Positions 1 to 8,588 of a stretch of DNA of 29,402 bases are shown here, piece after piece; position 1 is the stretch's first letter; every line of letters begins with the position of its first letter. Origin of the DNA: Promethearchaeia archaeon (GTDB lineage Archaea; Asgardarchaeota; Lokiarchaeia; Sigyniarchaeales; SOKP01); NCBI GenBank assembly GCA_046483985.1, contig JAWOCD010000077.1, positions 1 through 29,402 on the forward strand, in the 5' to 3' direction. Under the pieces are notes generated by a model that was not told the DNA's origin, did no database searches, and saw only the letters and a list, made by a program, of their open reading frames with translations. The translations under genes and the position numbers were made by a program.

Positions 1-3000
1 GAAATAAAATATAATGCTTGATTTTGAATCGTCGTTTACTGCGGACCAAGTCCGACAAATTTTTGTCGGAGAACAATTTCCGGATACGGATATTTCGAGC
101 GAATTAATTGTATAATTCTCCTTCGTGCCGCTGATGGTGAGCCTGGTTGTCCCCACAGGCAGTTCTCCCGCTTCGATAATACCCGTATAATTTCCGTTTT
201 CTTCTGTTAAGGTAACAGATATATTCTGACCAGTTAATTGAAGGTTGTTAATTTCTGAGATAAATTCATCCGATATACTGTCATTTATGACAACGGAAAC
301 GGGTAAATCTTCATTCCACGGTAAGGTAATACTCCTCTTTTCCGTTTTATCCATCCCATCCAAGAACAATTGGTGATAATAGGTATCCCGCTCCTGAACA
401 TATACTGTAATACCCCTTGATGATTTAGAGTAATTCGTCTGTTTTGCGGTAATAACAAGCGAATTTAGGCCCAAATCTAAGTTTTTTGTATTTATGGAAA
501 GATGATATAAGTTTTCGGTATCTACTTTGGAAAACGAACCTAATATTTCAGATCCTTTTTCTAACCGAATTTCAGCAGAATCAATAAACGTATCCGATAG
601 TTCGTCTGTAAAATTTGCCCGTATGTCAAGTACTTCATTGTGCGGAAAGGTTATTGAATCTTGGATGGTTTGATTCAGTTCGATATCGGTTAAAGACGTA
701 GGTCTCTCTTCCACATCAACCCTAACTCGTAACTCTTGTGCTTCATACCCAAATTCATCCAGTTCAATATCCAAATTATGTATTTGGTTTACTTGATAAA
801 GCGAGGTATTACATGTAAGATTATAAACTCCTGTGCTAATCTGGGTTGTATGCGTATTACCATCCCAATTGTGAGCTAGTTCAGCATCAATCCCATCTTC
901 TGTGGTTAATTCTGTATAATTTAATTGAACTGTGAAATTTTCGTTCCATATAACATTTAAAGCCTCTTTATCTGAAGTGAGTGCAGTTTCTAAATTAACG
1001 CCAATGGTAATTTCTATCTCTTGGTTTATATATTGAGAAGAATTTGCGTAAATTGTGATGGTGTTATTACCAGCTTCGGCACCGCTAACATTGAATTCGA
1101 GCTGATATACCCCAGGAGCTGTACCAATCTCCCCGAAAACCTCCTTTTTATTGGGGTGAGTGAAGTTATTAGTATAGATATCCGCATCTCGAATCGGTTC
1201 ATCATTTTCTAAGTCTTGAAATTCTACTCTGATATTGATGGTGGAATCTTCGGTTACGTCTTCATAATACACGGATTCGGGTGTCAATGTTGAATTATGA
1301 ATAACGGTGAAGGTATTAGAGATTATTCCTGTCTCATTTAATCCGAAATCACCATAGGAATTATTCCACGTAACAATCGCTTCATATTCTCCAACTTCAT
1401 AATTCGGAGGATTTGATGGAATCTGGAAGGTATCAAAATCGACTAATCCGTTCGAATTTGGTGAGATGTATTGCGTCTGTTCGTTCCATATTGTACCATT
1501 AGGAAAACGTATTGATAGTTTGGCGTGAGTCTGTTCAAGATAAGTGCTCACCAGTTCGGAATCCTCGATTCCTGCGGTAATATTTATAGACTCCCCGCTG
1601 ATGAATTCGTTATCTTGAAGCCATTCTCCCGCTTTATTCTTATAGATACGGAGATCTTTACAGTAATTTGGTGATTCTGCTTTAAAATTCCAGAAGCCGT
1701 CAGGAGTGGTCGAAATAGCACTAACATCGACTAATAATTTCCCATCCGTTGAATTGTCGCAATTTCCCAACCTATTTTTGCTGGGATCTTGGGGTTCAGA
1801 AACCCACGTAATGTTTATATCGGAGGGAAATTCGAGTATCATCTCATCTTCTTCATAACCCGATGGAACGGAAAAATAGGCATAAAATTCCCATTCTGCT
1901 TTACTCTCATTTGAAATTTCAAAGTTTGTTCCCAGCGATTCCGTATCTGTAGCATAATTAGTATTTGGACTATGTTTTATTGCATAGAGGTTTAAATCCG
2001 TGTCTAAATCGATCTGAAATTCGCTTAATTCCCAAGTATCTTTACAACTAAAATTTGAGGTGACTTGTTCACCTTGCCAATCTCCCTCTAATTCTATTTC
2101 TCCTTCTCCCCAATCTAAATCATCTACTGCGGTCTCATTTTGTTGTAATTGGATTTGGGAAGGTTTAACCTCAGACTTTACCTCAAGATCTACATTATCA
2201 ATGAATAGTTGTTGATACTCAATATGAGTAAAGCTACTCGCATAGGTAGCTGAATCTGCTGTATATTCTAGAGAGACTTCAAGATCTAAACTTGAATCAT
2301 TTAATATAGAAGGATAAACATTAGTTGTATTCGTCCAAAGTCCTTGTGGAATTGAAAAACTGTGCCACGACCCTTCCCCATATTCCTTTAATGAATATGA
2401 TCCTATGGAGTATATTTTTATTTCGTTTATTGAAAAAGCAAGTTCCCAAGAATTGAAATTTGCCAGATAGTTCGGATTCACCTCATAATTTAACTGACTA
2501 TCAATCAACCTCCCTCTTGGGATTTCGATAGAACTATTCCAATAACAAATATCTCCAGTATCATAATGATAGTTGCCCCCATCGTCAGCTCCGTCCATTC
2601 TTAGTTCAATGGCATTATGACCGTCTCCCTCTGTATAAGTACTATTTATATAGTTTCCACTCATTTCATTTGTAGAACTTCCATAATCTTCTGAATCAAA
2701 AGTCCAATTTTGGAATGCATTATCTGAAGTTAAATGATCATCGTCATCTCCACTATTATAAGCATCCATCGAACCAAAATCAAATGTTCCGTTATTCCAA
2801 TTTCGAGTATCATATAAATCATAAATATTCGATTCAAGTTTATATCCTTGCCAACCAGACCCTAAAGGAATCTGGGCTAAATCATATGTCCCATTTCCAA
2901 ACTGGATATTAAGATTACTATCTGTTCGGTTAGCATAATGCGTCACGTTCCAAGGTTCACCAATTCCATTATATTGATTACTATCGCTAATATCTTGAGA

Positions 3001-3159
3001 TTTAAGATTACTTGTGTTTTCATTTTCTAAATGGTTATTAACAAGATTCTGGGTATCATAATTGTTATTGTTATATTGAAAATTGCTTGCCCATAGAAAC
3101 GAAGAAAAAAGAATAACCAACACTAAATGTTTTATTATTTTTTTACTCTGTAAATTCAT
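1..3159 (-). CDS. Large secreted/cell-surface protein with tandem Ig-like beta-sandwich repeats (partial, at least 1053 codons, runs off the window start)
   Basis: Not in the ORF track because no stop lies inside the window. ATG at 3159-3157 reads MNLQSKKIIKHLVLVILFSSFLWASNF (signal peptide). The frame was open at every line spot-checked down to position 1. Many N-x-S/T sequons and beta-repeat junctions such as 'ELRVRVDVEERPTSL' and 'GITVYVQERDTYY'. Confidence 0.85.
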   Translation of the reverse strand, partial: MNLQSKKIIKHLVLVILFSSFLWASNFQYNNNNYDTQNLVNNHLENENTSNLKSQDISDSNQYNGIGEPWNVTHYANRTDSNLNIQFGNGTYDLAQIPLGSGWQGYKLESNIYDLYDTRNWNNGTFDFGSMDAYNSGDDDDHLTSDNAFQNWTFDSEDYGSSTNEMSGNYINSTYTEGDGHNAIELRMDGADDGGNYHYDTGDICYWNSSIEIPRGRLIDSQLNYEVNPNYLANFNSWELAFSINEIKIYSIGSYSLKEYGEGSWHSFSIPQGLWTNTTNVYPSILNDSSLDLEVSLEYTADSATYASSFTHIEYQQLFIDNVDLEVKSEVKPSQIQLQQNETAVDDLDWGEGEIELEGDWQGEQVTSNFSCKDTWELSEFQIDLDTDLNLYAIKHSPNTNYATDTESLGTNFEISNESKAEWEFYAYFSVPSGYEEDEMILEFPSDINITWVSEPQDPSKNRLGNCDNSTDGKLLVDVSAISTTPDGFWNFKAESPNYCKDLRIYKNKAGEWLQDNEFISGESINITAGIEDSELVSTYLEQTHAKLSIRFPNGTIWNEQTQYISPNSNGLVDFDTFQIPSNPPNYEVGEYEAIVTWNNSYGDFGLNETGIISNTFTVIHNSTLTPESVYYEDVTEDSTINIRVEFQDLENDEPIRDADIYTNNFTHPNKKEVFGEIGTAPGVYQLEFNVSGAEAGNNTITIYANSSQYINQEIEITIGVNLETALTSDKEALNVIWNENFTVQLNYTELTTEDGIDAELAHNWDGNTHTTQISTGVYNLTCNTSLYQVNQIHNLDIELDEFGYEAQELRVRVDVEERPTSLTDIELNQTIQDSITFPHNEVLDIRANFTDELSDTFIDSAEIRLEKGSEILGSFSKVDTENLYHLSINTKNLDLGLNSLVITAKQTNYSKSSRGITVYVQERDTYYHQLFLDGMDKTEKRSITLPWNEDLPVSVVINDSISDEFISEINNLQLTGQNISVTLTEENGNYTGIIEAGELPVGTTRLTISGTKENYTINSLEISVSGNCSPTKICRTWSAVNDDSKSSIIFYF
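51..70. repeat. Perfect inverted repeat TCCGACAAA-TT-TTTGTCGGA
   Basis: 9-bp arms at 51-59 and 62-70, read directly. Confidence 0.8.
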
Positions 3160-3388
3160 ATAAAAAACACCAATTAAGAGGATTAACTATGTTATAAACT
3201 AAGTATTATTGTTTCATATATATAATTTATTTTAAAGTTGTCTATTAATTATAATAAGCAGAAAATCGGGAATATTCACAATATTTGTCAGCAAAAAAAA
3301 AAGAACATGTTTTATGATACAGATAAAATATTTATATTGATTAATTGATATTTTATAGCTTAAGTTTCAAAAAATATTAATGACATAA

Positions 3389-3403
3389 TTATAAATTTAT
3401 AAA
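3389..3403 (+). promoter_or_regulatory. Putative TATA box within palindrome TTATAAATTTATAA upstream of the 3425 gene
   Basis: TTTATAAA at 3396-3403, about 22-29 nt before ATG 3425, in the AT-rich divergent intergenic region. Confidence 0.45.
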
Positions 3404-3424
3404 TGTTTAGAGGGAGAAAAAAGT

Positions 3425-4675
3425 ATGATTCAAGCAATCTTAACCTATCAATTTATTCTTAACCAAAATGAGGAAACTGGCGAAATTGAACCGGAATTTC
3501 GACCGTTGCAATTAATATTTAATAACGATGCTTTTTCCGAAAATGACTATTCAGATTTAATTGTGGAAAATGATATTTTTGCGATTTTTTATCAGCATAC
3601 TACGGGAATATATGGCGTTTCTGGAGATTATAGCAATTTCTATTCTGGAAGATTAAAGGAAACCCCATATCAAGTGTTCTCCTATTTTAAGCAAACGGAT
3701 GACGGGTCTCAATTCCTTGCAATTTCTCTTTTTGAACTTGATGATGACGTAGAGATTTTTGAAAAAATTTTGAAAGATATGGCCGATAAACTTGATACCA
3801 CCTTTGAGACTTTATTACGTGCGAAGAATTCCAGGGAACTCTCCTTAATTACAAAAACAAATGAGAAATTAAAGGAACAATTAAAATTTACCGAATTTCA
3901 AGTAAAAAGATTGTCAAATCTTGATAAACTACAAAAGGCTGCGCTTATCTTCCATAGTGATGAGAGAAGGAAAATTCTAGAACTGTTACGTCAATATCCC
4001 AGATCGAAGAGACAAGTGAAATATGAACTGGAAAAAGTGAAACCAAATCCAAATATTGATATCTTACTTGAACCTTTTTTAGAGCTTAATCTAATTAGAA
4101 GAGATTGGATTAAAGGGAAAACAAAAAAAGGTCAAACGGACCAGGAGCATCAAGGAGAGTATCTTTTTTTAACAAAAGATATCATGCTAACGAGAGTCCC
4201 CCCAGAACAGATATTAGAACACTTAAAGGATCAAGAATCAAAGAGCAAATTGTACCCGGAATATAAAAAGAAGGTTTTGGATTATTTTTCTAAATACGAG
4301 CCTTTAGAACAGTCCCCTGAAGAGACAAAAAGAATAGCATCTATCTTATTAAATCCCGACATTTACGATTTTTTTGCGTTAATGAGAAGCAAATATTACC
4401 CTCTTGACAAGATCCCCAAAATCCTCTCGCAGTGGGCAGATACAGAAATGATTCTCGATGAGTTAAAGAACCTTCACGTGATTACCGAAATTAAGGATAA
4501 AGATGAGAGGTCTTGGATATTATTATTAACGGATATAAAACCATTAATTGTGTTTCCAGAATATCTACTTCCGAAGATTAAGGAAGCATTTGATGTTAAT
4601 ATAATTACTGAAGAAATCGCCGAAAAGGCTTTAGACTTATTAGAAGTTTCTTATCCCGAAAAGGTCCAATTTTAA
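3425..4675 (+). CDS. Hypothetical protein: putative N-terminal longin/uDENN-like domain plus C-terminal winged-helix domains
   Basis: 416-aa ORF. The N-terminal beta-beta-alpha-beta-beta-beta-alpha pattern (IQAILTYQF...ETGEIEPEFRPL...YQVFSYF...QFLAISLFELDDD...helix) is longin-like. 'ERRKILELLRQYPRSKRQVKYELEK...IDILLEPFLELNLIRRDW' is winged-helix-like. The ORF is solid; the fold calls are inference. Confidence 0.6.
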   Translation: MIQAILTYQFILNQNEETGEIEPEFRPLQLIFNNDAFSENDYSDLIVENDIFAIFYQHTTGIYGVSGDYSNFYSGRLKETPYQVFSYFKQTDDGSQFLAISLFELDDDVEIFEKILKDMADKLDTTFETLLRAKNSRELSLITKTNEKLKEQLKFTEFQVKRLSNLDKLQKAALIFHSDERRKILELLRQYPRSKRQVKYELEKVKPNPNIDILLEPFLELNLIRRDWIKGKTKKGQTDQEHQGEYLFLTKDIMLTRVPPEQILEHLKDQESKSKLYPEYKKKVLDYFSKYEPLEQSPEETKRIASILLNPDIYDFFALMRSKYYPLDKIPKILSQWADTEMILDELKNLHVITEIKDKDERSWILLLTDIKPLIVFPEYLLPKIKEAFDVNIITEEIAEKALDLLEVSYPEKVQF

Positions 4676-4735
4676 GTTTAAAATAAATTTTAAAATTTAA
4701 AATTTTTTACCATTATAGAAAGGTGTTGTTTCAAC

Positions 4736-7513
4736 GTGTATTTATTTAAAGATCAAGAGGAAGTCGAAGTTGAAGTTTCGTGTAAAATGTGTTTGAAGGA
4801 TGTCAAATTTACATTTACAGCCGACGAGTATAAGAACACTAAGGAATTTCCTCTCATAAGGGAAGATATCCATGGAAAACCCGAGCATAAATTAATTGTA
4901 TTTTTTAACAAACAACTTGAAGTGGAGAATTTTGAGCTTGAAGATGTGTTAGAAGAGAAGGAAATTTCGTTCTCAGAAGAATTAACCCGGCAAGTGTTAA
5001 GTGATATTGATCTTACTGATGAGGAAATCGAACTTTATTTTCGCACAACTGGTCGAGATGCCGTATCATTAGGCGAATTAGCTATTTTGTTGAATAAAAC
5101 AAAAGACGAAGCGCAAAAAGTCGCGCAAAAATTCGTGGATAAGGGATTATTTAAAACTATTGTGGGAGCGACACCCCATTATTCCGCGTTGCCTCCGTAC
5201 GCGGCGATAGTTAGTCAATTAAGAACATTCCATGAATTTATCGCCAATATCAAACAAAAAGCGCCCAAGGAATTGAACAAATCTTTTAAAGAACTTGAAT
5301 CCAAGACAGAAGGAGTAAAACGGTTAAAGGATTACAGTGAATTTATGGTAGATTTGAAAGAAAACGCATTAGAAAGACTCTATTCCCAAAAAAAAGTCTT
5401 TGAATCCAATGTGGACAAGATTGATCAAATCCGTGAAATGTCGGATATAATCTCCAATATTGAGGAGGATTCAACGGAGATTATGAACACTCAAATCCAA
5501 AAAGTTGAAAACCAGTTTGAATCCATTAGTACGAAAATCGAAGAGAGTGTTGAGGGTCAAATAAATGATTTAAAGAAAAATTTTGATTCGCTCAATGATG
5601 AAATTTCGGAAAGCATGCAAGCCCAATTAGGAGAAATGACGGATCAATTCGAAGACGTCAACGAAAAAATCTACAGAACGATGAAAAGTCAAATCACGGA
5701 TTTAACTTCTGATTTCGAGGGGATTAACGAAAGAATATCCAGCACACTCAATAAAGAGATAAAGGAATTAAGGGGCCAGTTCGAGGCGATTCAAGGAAAT
5801 ATTTCCCAAAATCTAAAAAAATTACGCTTAGGGGTTCTACAGCAGACAGTCAATAAAGTTATTGATAAAACCTTTAAAAAAGGAATGAAAAAGACCACCG
5901 AGAAACTAAATAGGCAATTAAATGAGATACAATCCGTATTTGAAGAAAGTCTCGAAAAATCTTCCAAAAGTTTGATTGGAATATTAAATGAATTTCAAGA
6001 GGTCTCCGATGATGGTTTAAAAAAGGCTAAAATCGGTTTTAATAAACAATTGAGCGAATTTCAAAAGATATCTTCCAACGCCGTGACAAAAACCACAATT
6101 GGGCTCAAAAAGCAATTAGATATGATTCAAAAGGTATCAAGTGAAGGATTGGAGAGAACCACGGAGGAGTTTAATACAGAAGTTACCACCAAGCTTCAGA
6201 GTTCCATTGGGGATAGTCTGGAGAATATCAATGAAATTGCAGAATCTAGTGCGAAATCTGGAAAAGAAATAAAAGAAATATTTGCAGAGATTAGTAAAAA
6301 GTTCAGCCAAGCCGTTTTAATGGCAGAAAAAAAGTTATCTGGTATTTCAAATCAGATCTTTGACTCGTTTGACTCTTTGAGGAATACTTTTTCAAATAAA
6401 ATTATAAGCACATTGGACGATATTTTAGGTGAGATTTTGGAACGTCTAGGCCAAAGTGAGATAACGGTAAGCGAATTCTGGGAGAAAGCGAAGGAAAAAT
6501 CGGGCGTAACCATGAAGGATATTTGGTTTATCCGTTCCATTGAAGGAGCAAAAGCCCACATCAAAGATCAGATCTCAAAAGCGAAAATGCGAATTTTAAT
6601 TGTTGCTCCGGAATTAACTGATATTGATATTGAACCAATTAAAGAGCGCCCCCGTCATATAAATACCAGAATTGCCACTTTTATTGATCCCTCTCGAGAG
6701 GAGCATAGTAAAATTTTACATGAATTTGATGAGATGCCAAATGTCTCCTATCGACACAGAGAGCTCCAAAACTTATGGGGGATCAATCGGGATTATGAAG
6801 AAGTCGTATTATCGATTGTTTCGAAAACAGAAGTCGAAGGAGAAACCATCACAGAAATTGCGGGCATCGGGAGTATTATTCAAGAACACATAAAAATATT
6901 CGTGCCCATTTTGGAAGACGCTTGGGTAGGGGCTAAGAAAGATATGGTGCATACAGTACAAACCTCTACAGCACGTCAAGGACCAAAACCATCGGCCATT
7001 TCGCAACAACAAAAAACTCAAGGCGCTCCTAAAACCCAACCAGCCCCAGAAACAACGAATAAACCAGTTTCATCCTCATCACTCCCTGAACCTGGATCGG
7101 GACCAGCCCAAGCCCCCAAAAGCGAAGAGGAATTACCCGAACCGAAACCCGCATCCACATCTACATCTACAAAAGAAACAGCTCCAGAGCCATCCCCAGA
7201 GAGTTCCGAGCCACAAGCTGACGCCGTGATTGAAAAAACGGAATTTACCTCAGACATGGATATAAACACTTATTTGAGTAATGAATTTGAAAGAATTCTG
7301 AATAATCTGGGATCCATGACTGGTATTGAAATCTCAAAGAATCTAACCCAACTTCAGAATGAAATTACTGAACATAAGGGATATAGCAGCGTTCTTAAGC
7401 AAATTAAACTCAGCAGCAACACACAAAAGACGAATCCTAATAAACTAAGCGATGCTGAGCTCCAACAACTCCAGAATAAGATGAAATTCTGGAAGCAAAA
7501 ACTTCATCTCTAA
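4736..7513 (+). CDS. TrmB-family-like regulator with N-terminal CxxC/H-H module, long coiled-coil insertion, PLD-like effector domain, Pro-rich linker and C-terminal helical domain
   Basis: 925 aa, GTG start. SCKMC...IHGKPEH putative Zn ligands. 'LTDEEIELYF...SLGELAILL...KFVDKGLF...PHYSALPP' matches the TrmB winged HTH. 'IWFIRSIEGAKAHIKDQISKAKMRILIVAP' matches the start of the TrmB effector domain. Confidence 0.7.
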   Translation: MYLFKDQEEVEVEVSCKMCLKDVKFTFTADEYKNTKEFPLIREDIHGKPEHKLIVFFNKQLEVENFELEDVLEEKEISFSEELTRQVLSDIDLTDEEIELYFRTTGRDAVSLGELAILLNKTKDEAQKVAQKFVDKGLFKTIVGATPHYSALPPYAAIVSQLRTFHEFIANIKQKAPKELNKSFKELESKTEGVKRLKDYSEFMVDLKENALERLYSQKKVFESNVDKIDQIREMSDIISNIEEDSTEIMNTQIQKVENQFESISTKIEESVEGQINDLKKNFDSLNDEISESMQAQLGEMTDQFEDVNEKIYRTMKSQITDLTSDFEGINERISSTLNKEIKELRGQFEAIQGNISQNLKKLRLGVLQQTVNKVIDKTFKKGMKKTTEKLNRQLNEIQSVFEESLEKSSKSLIGILNEFQEVSDDGLKKAKIGFNKQLSEFQKISSNAVTKTTIGLKKQLDMIQKVSSEGLERTTEEFNTEVTTKLQSSIGDSLENINEIAESSAKSGKEIKEIFAEISKKFSQAVLMAEKKLSGISNQIFDSFDSLRNTFSNKIISTLDDILGEILERLGQSEITVSEFWEKAKEKSGVTMKDIWFIRSIEGAKAHIKDQISKAKMRILIVAPELTDIDIEPIKERPRHINTRIATFIDPSREEHSKILHEFDEMPNVSYRHRELQNLWGINRDYEEVVLSIVSKTEVEGETITEIAGIGSIIQEHIKIFVPILEDAWVGAKKDMVHTVQTSTARQGPKPSAISQQQKTQGAPKTQPAPETTNKPVSSSSLPEPGSGPAQAPKSEEELPEPKPASTSTSTKETAPEPSPESSEPQADAVIEKTEFTSDMDINTYLSNEFERILNNLGSMTGIEISKNLTQLQNEITEHKGYSSVLKQIKLSSNTQKTNPNKLSDAELQQLQNKMKFWKQKLHL
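5486..5815 (+). repeat. Five tandem 22-aa amphipathic repeats (set 1) in the 925-aa protein
   Basis: NTQIQKVENQFESISTKIEESV / EGQINDLKKNFDSLNDEISESM / QAQLGEMTDQFEDVNEKIYRTM / KSQITDLTSDFEGINERISSTL / NKEIKELRGQFEAIQGNISQNL. Invariant F at position 11 and I at position 18. Confidence 0.85.
5879..6208 (+). repeat. Four to five tandem 22-aa repeats (set 2) in the 925-aa protein
   Basis: KGMKKTTEKLNRQLNEIQSVFE / ESLEKSSKSLIGILNEFQEVSD / DGLKKAKIGFNKQLSEFQKISS / NAVTKTTIGLKKQLDMIQKVSS / EGLERTTEEFNTEVTTKLQSSI (last copy degenerate). Confidence 0.75.
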
Positions 7514-7592
7514 TTTTATCTCTAATTTTTCCCCTATTGCTATAATTTAAAATGGGATAATTATTATTTTGTTCTTAATTTATTCAAGTGAT

Positions 7593-8588
7593 ATGGACTG
7601 TAACCCTATAATTACGAAATCGGGAAAGGTCAATAAATATTTATACCATGTTGATCTTAAAGAATTCGGAGTTCCGAGGGTTCTTTCTTCATTTATCGCC
7701 GAATTTGAAGAGGGAGTTGTATTTTTAGACTGTGGGACCAGTCTTGAGGTTAGCAAATTAATGAAATTTGCTCAAAACCACGAGATTGATCTGACAAATG
7801 TAAAATATTTGATTCCTACCCATCACCACTTTGACCATGCGGGCGGGATGTGGAAGTTATATGAGAGAATAAAGGAATACAGTCCCGATGTGAAGATTTT
7901 GACGAATAAGCAAACAATGGAGTTACTGAACGATTATGAATTTCATTTAAACCGAGCGAAACGGACATTCGGCAACTTTATCGGGGAAATGAAACGTATT
8001 GATAGAGATGCTTTTGAATTAATTCAGCCCATAGAAGATATTCAAGATCTTCACACAGTTGATTCCACAATAAAAATATTCCATGTCAATAATTCCGAGG
8101 TATCTCTTAAAATTCTAAACGCCCCTGGTCATACCCCAGATCATCAGTGTCCTCTTTTTATGAAAGACGGCAAGATTGATTTTATTTTTTTCGGTGAGGC
8201 AGTAGGGACTATTTATCACTCAACTAAACTAGTTACGATGCCGACCTCCATGCCGGTTTTTTATAATCACGAAACTTATATGGATACGCTTCAGAAGCTC
8301 CAAGGGATTGATGCCGAGTTGGCTGGTTTTTGCCATTTTGGTGCGGTTAATGGACGTTCTAATGTGAGTTATATTTTAGAGGAGCATAGAGATTTTATTC
8401 GCTCTTTTAGGCAAAAGATAATTAAATTTTATCAAGAAAAACCCAAAACACGGTACGTGGTGAACAAAATTATGCCACATTTAAGAAAGCGCACTGATTT
8501 GGCAGGCGAGGAACACCCCGTTCTGAAAAATATCGTTTTGGGAGTCGTATACGGAATGATGATGGACTTGGGGTATCGGGGGGGTTAA
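7593..8588 (+). CDS. MBL-fold metallo-hydrolase
   Basis: THHHFDHAGG (HxHxDH), APGHTPDH and CHFG motifs. ATG 7593 is preferred over TTG 7569. Confidence 0.9.
   Translation: MDCNPIITKSGKVNKYLYHVDLKEFGVPRVLSSFIAEFEEGVVFLDCGTSLEVSKLMKFAQNHEIDLTNVKYLIPTHHHFDHAGGMWKLYERIKEYSPDVKILTNKQTMELLNDYEFHLNRAKRTFGNFIGEMKRIDRDAFELIQPIEDIQDLHTVDSTIKIFHVNNSEVSLKILNAPGHTPDHQCPLFMKDGKIDFIFFGEAVGTIYHSTKLVTMPTSMPVFYNHETYMDTLQKLQGIDAELAGFCHFGAVNGRSNVSYILEEHRDFIRSFRQKIIKFYQEKPKTRYVVNKIMPHLRKRTDLAGEEHPVLKNIVLGVVYGMMMDLGYRGG

Noticed and set aside
1021-2912. Short plus-strand ORFs at 1021-1212 and 2715-2912
   Set aside because: They lie antisense within the long minus-strand surface-protein gene.
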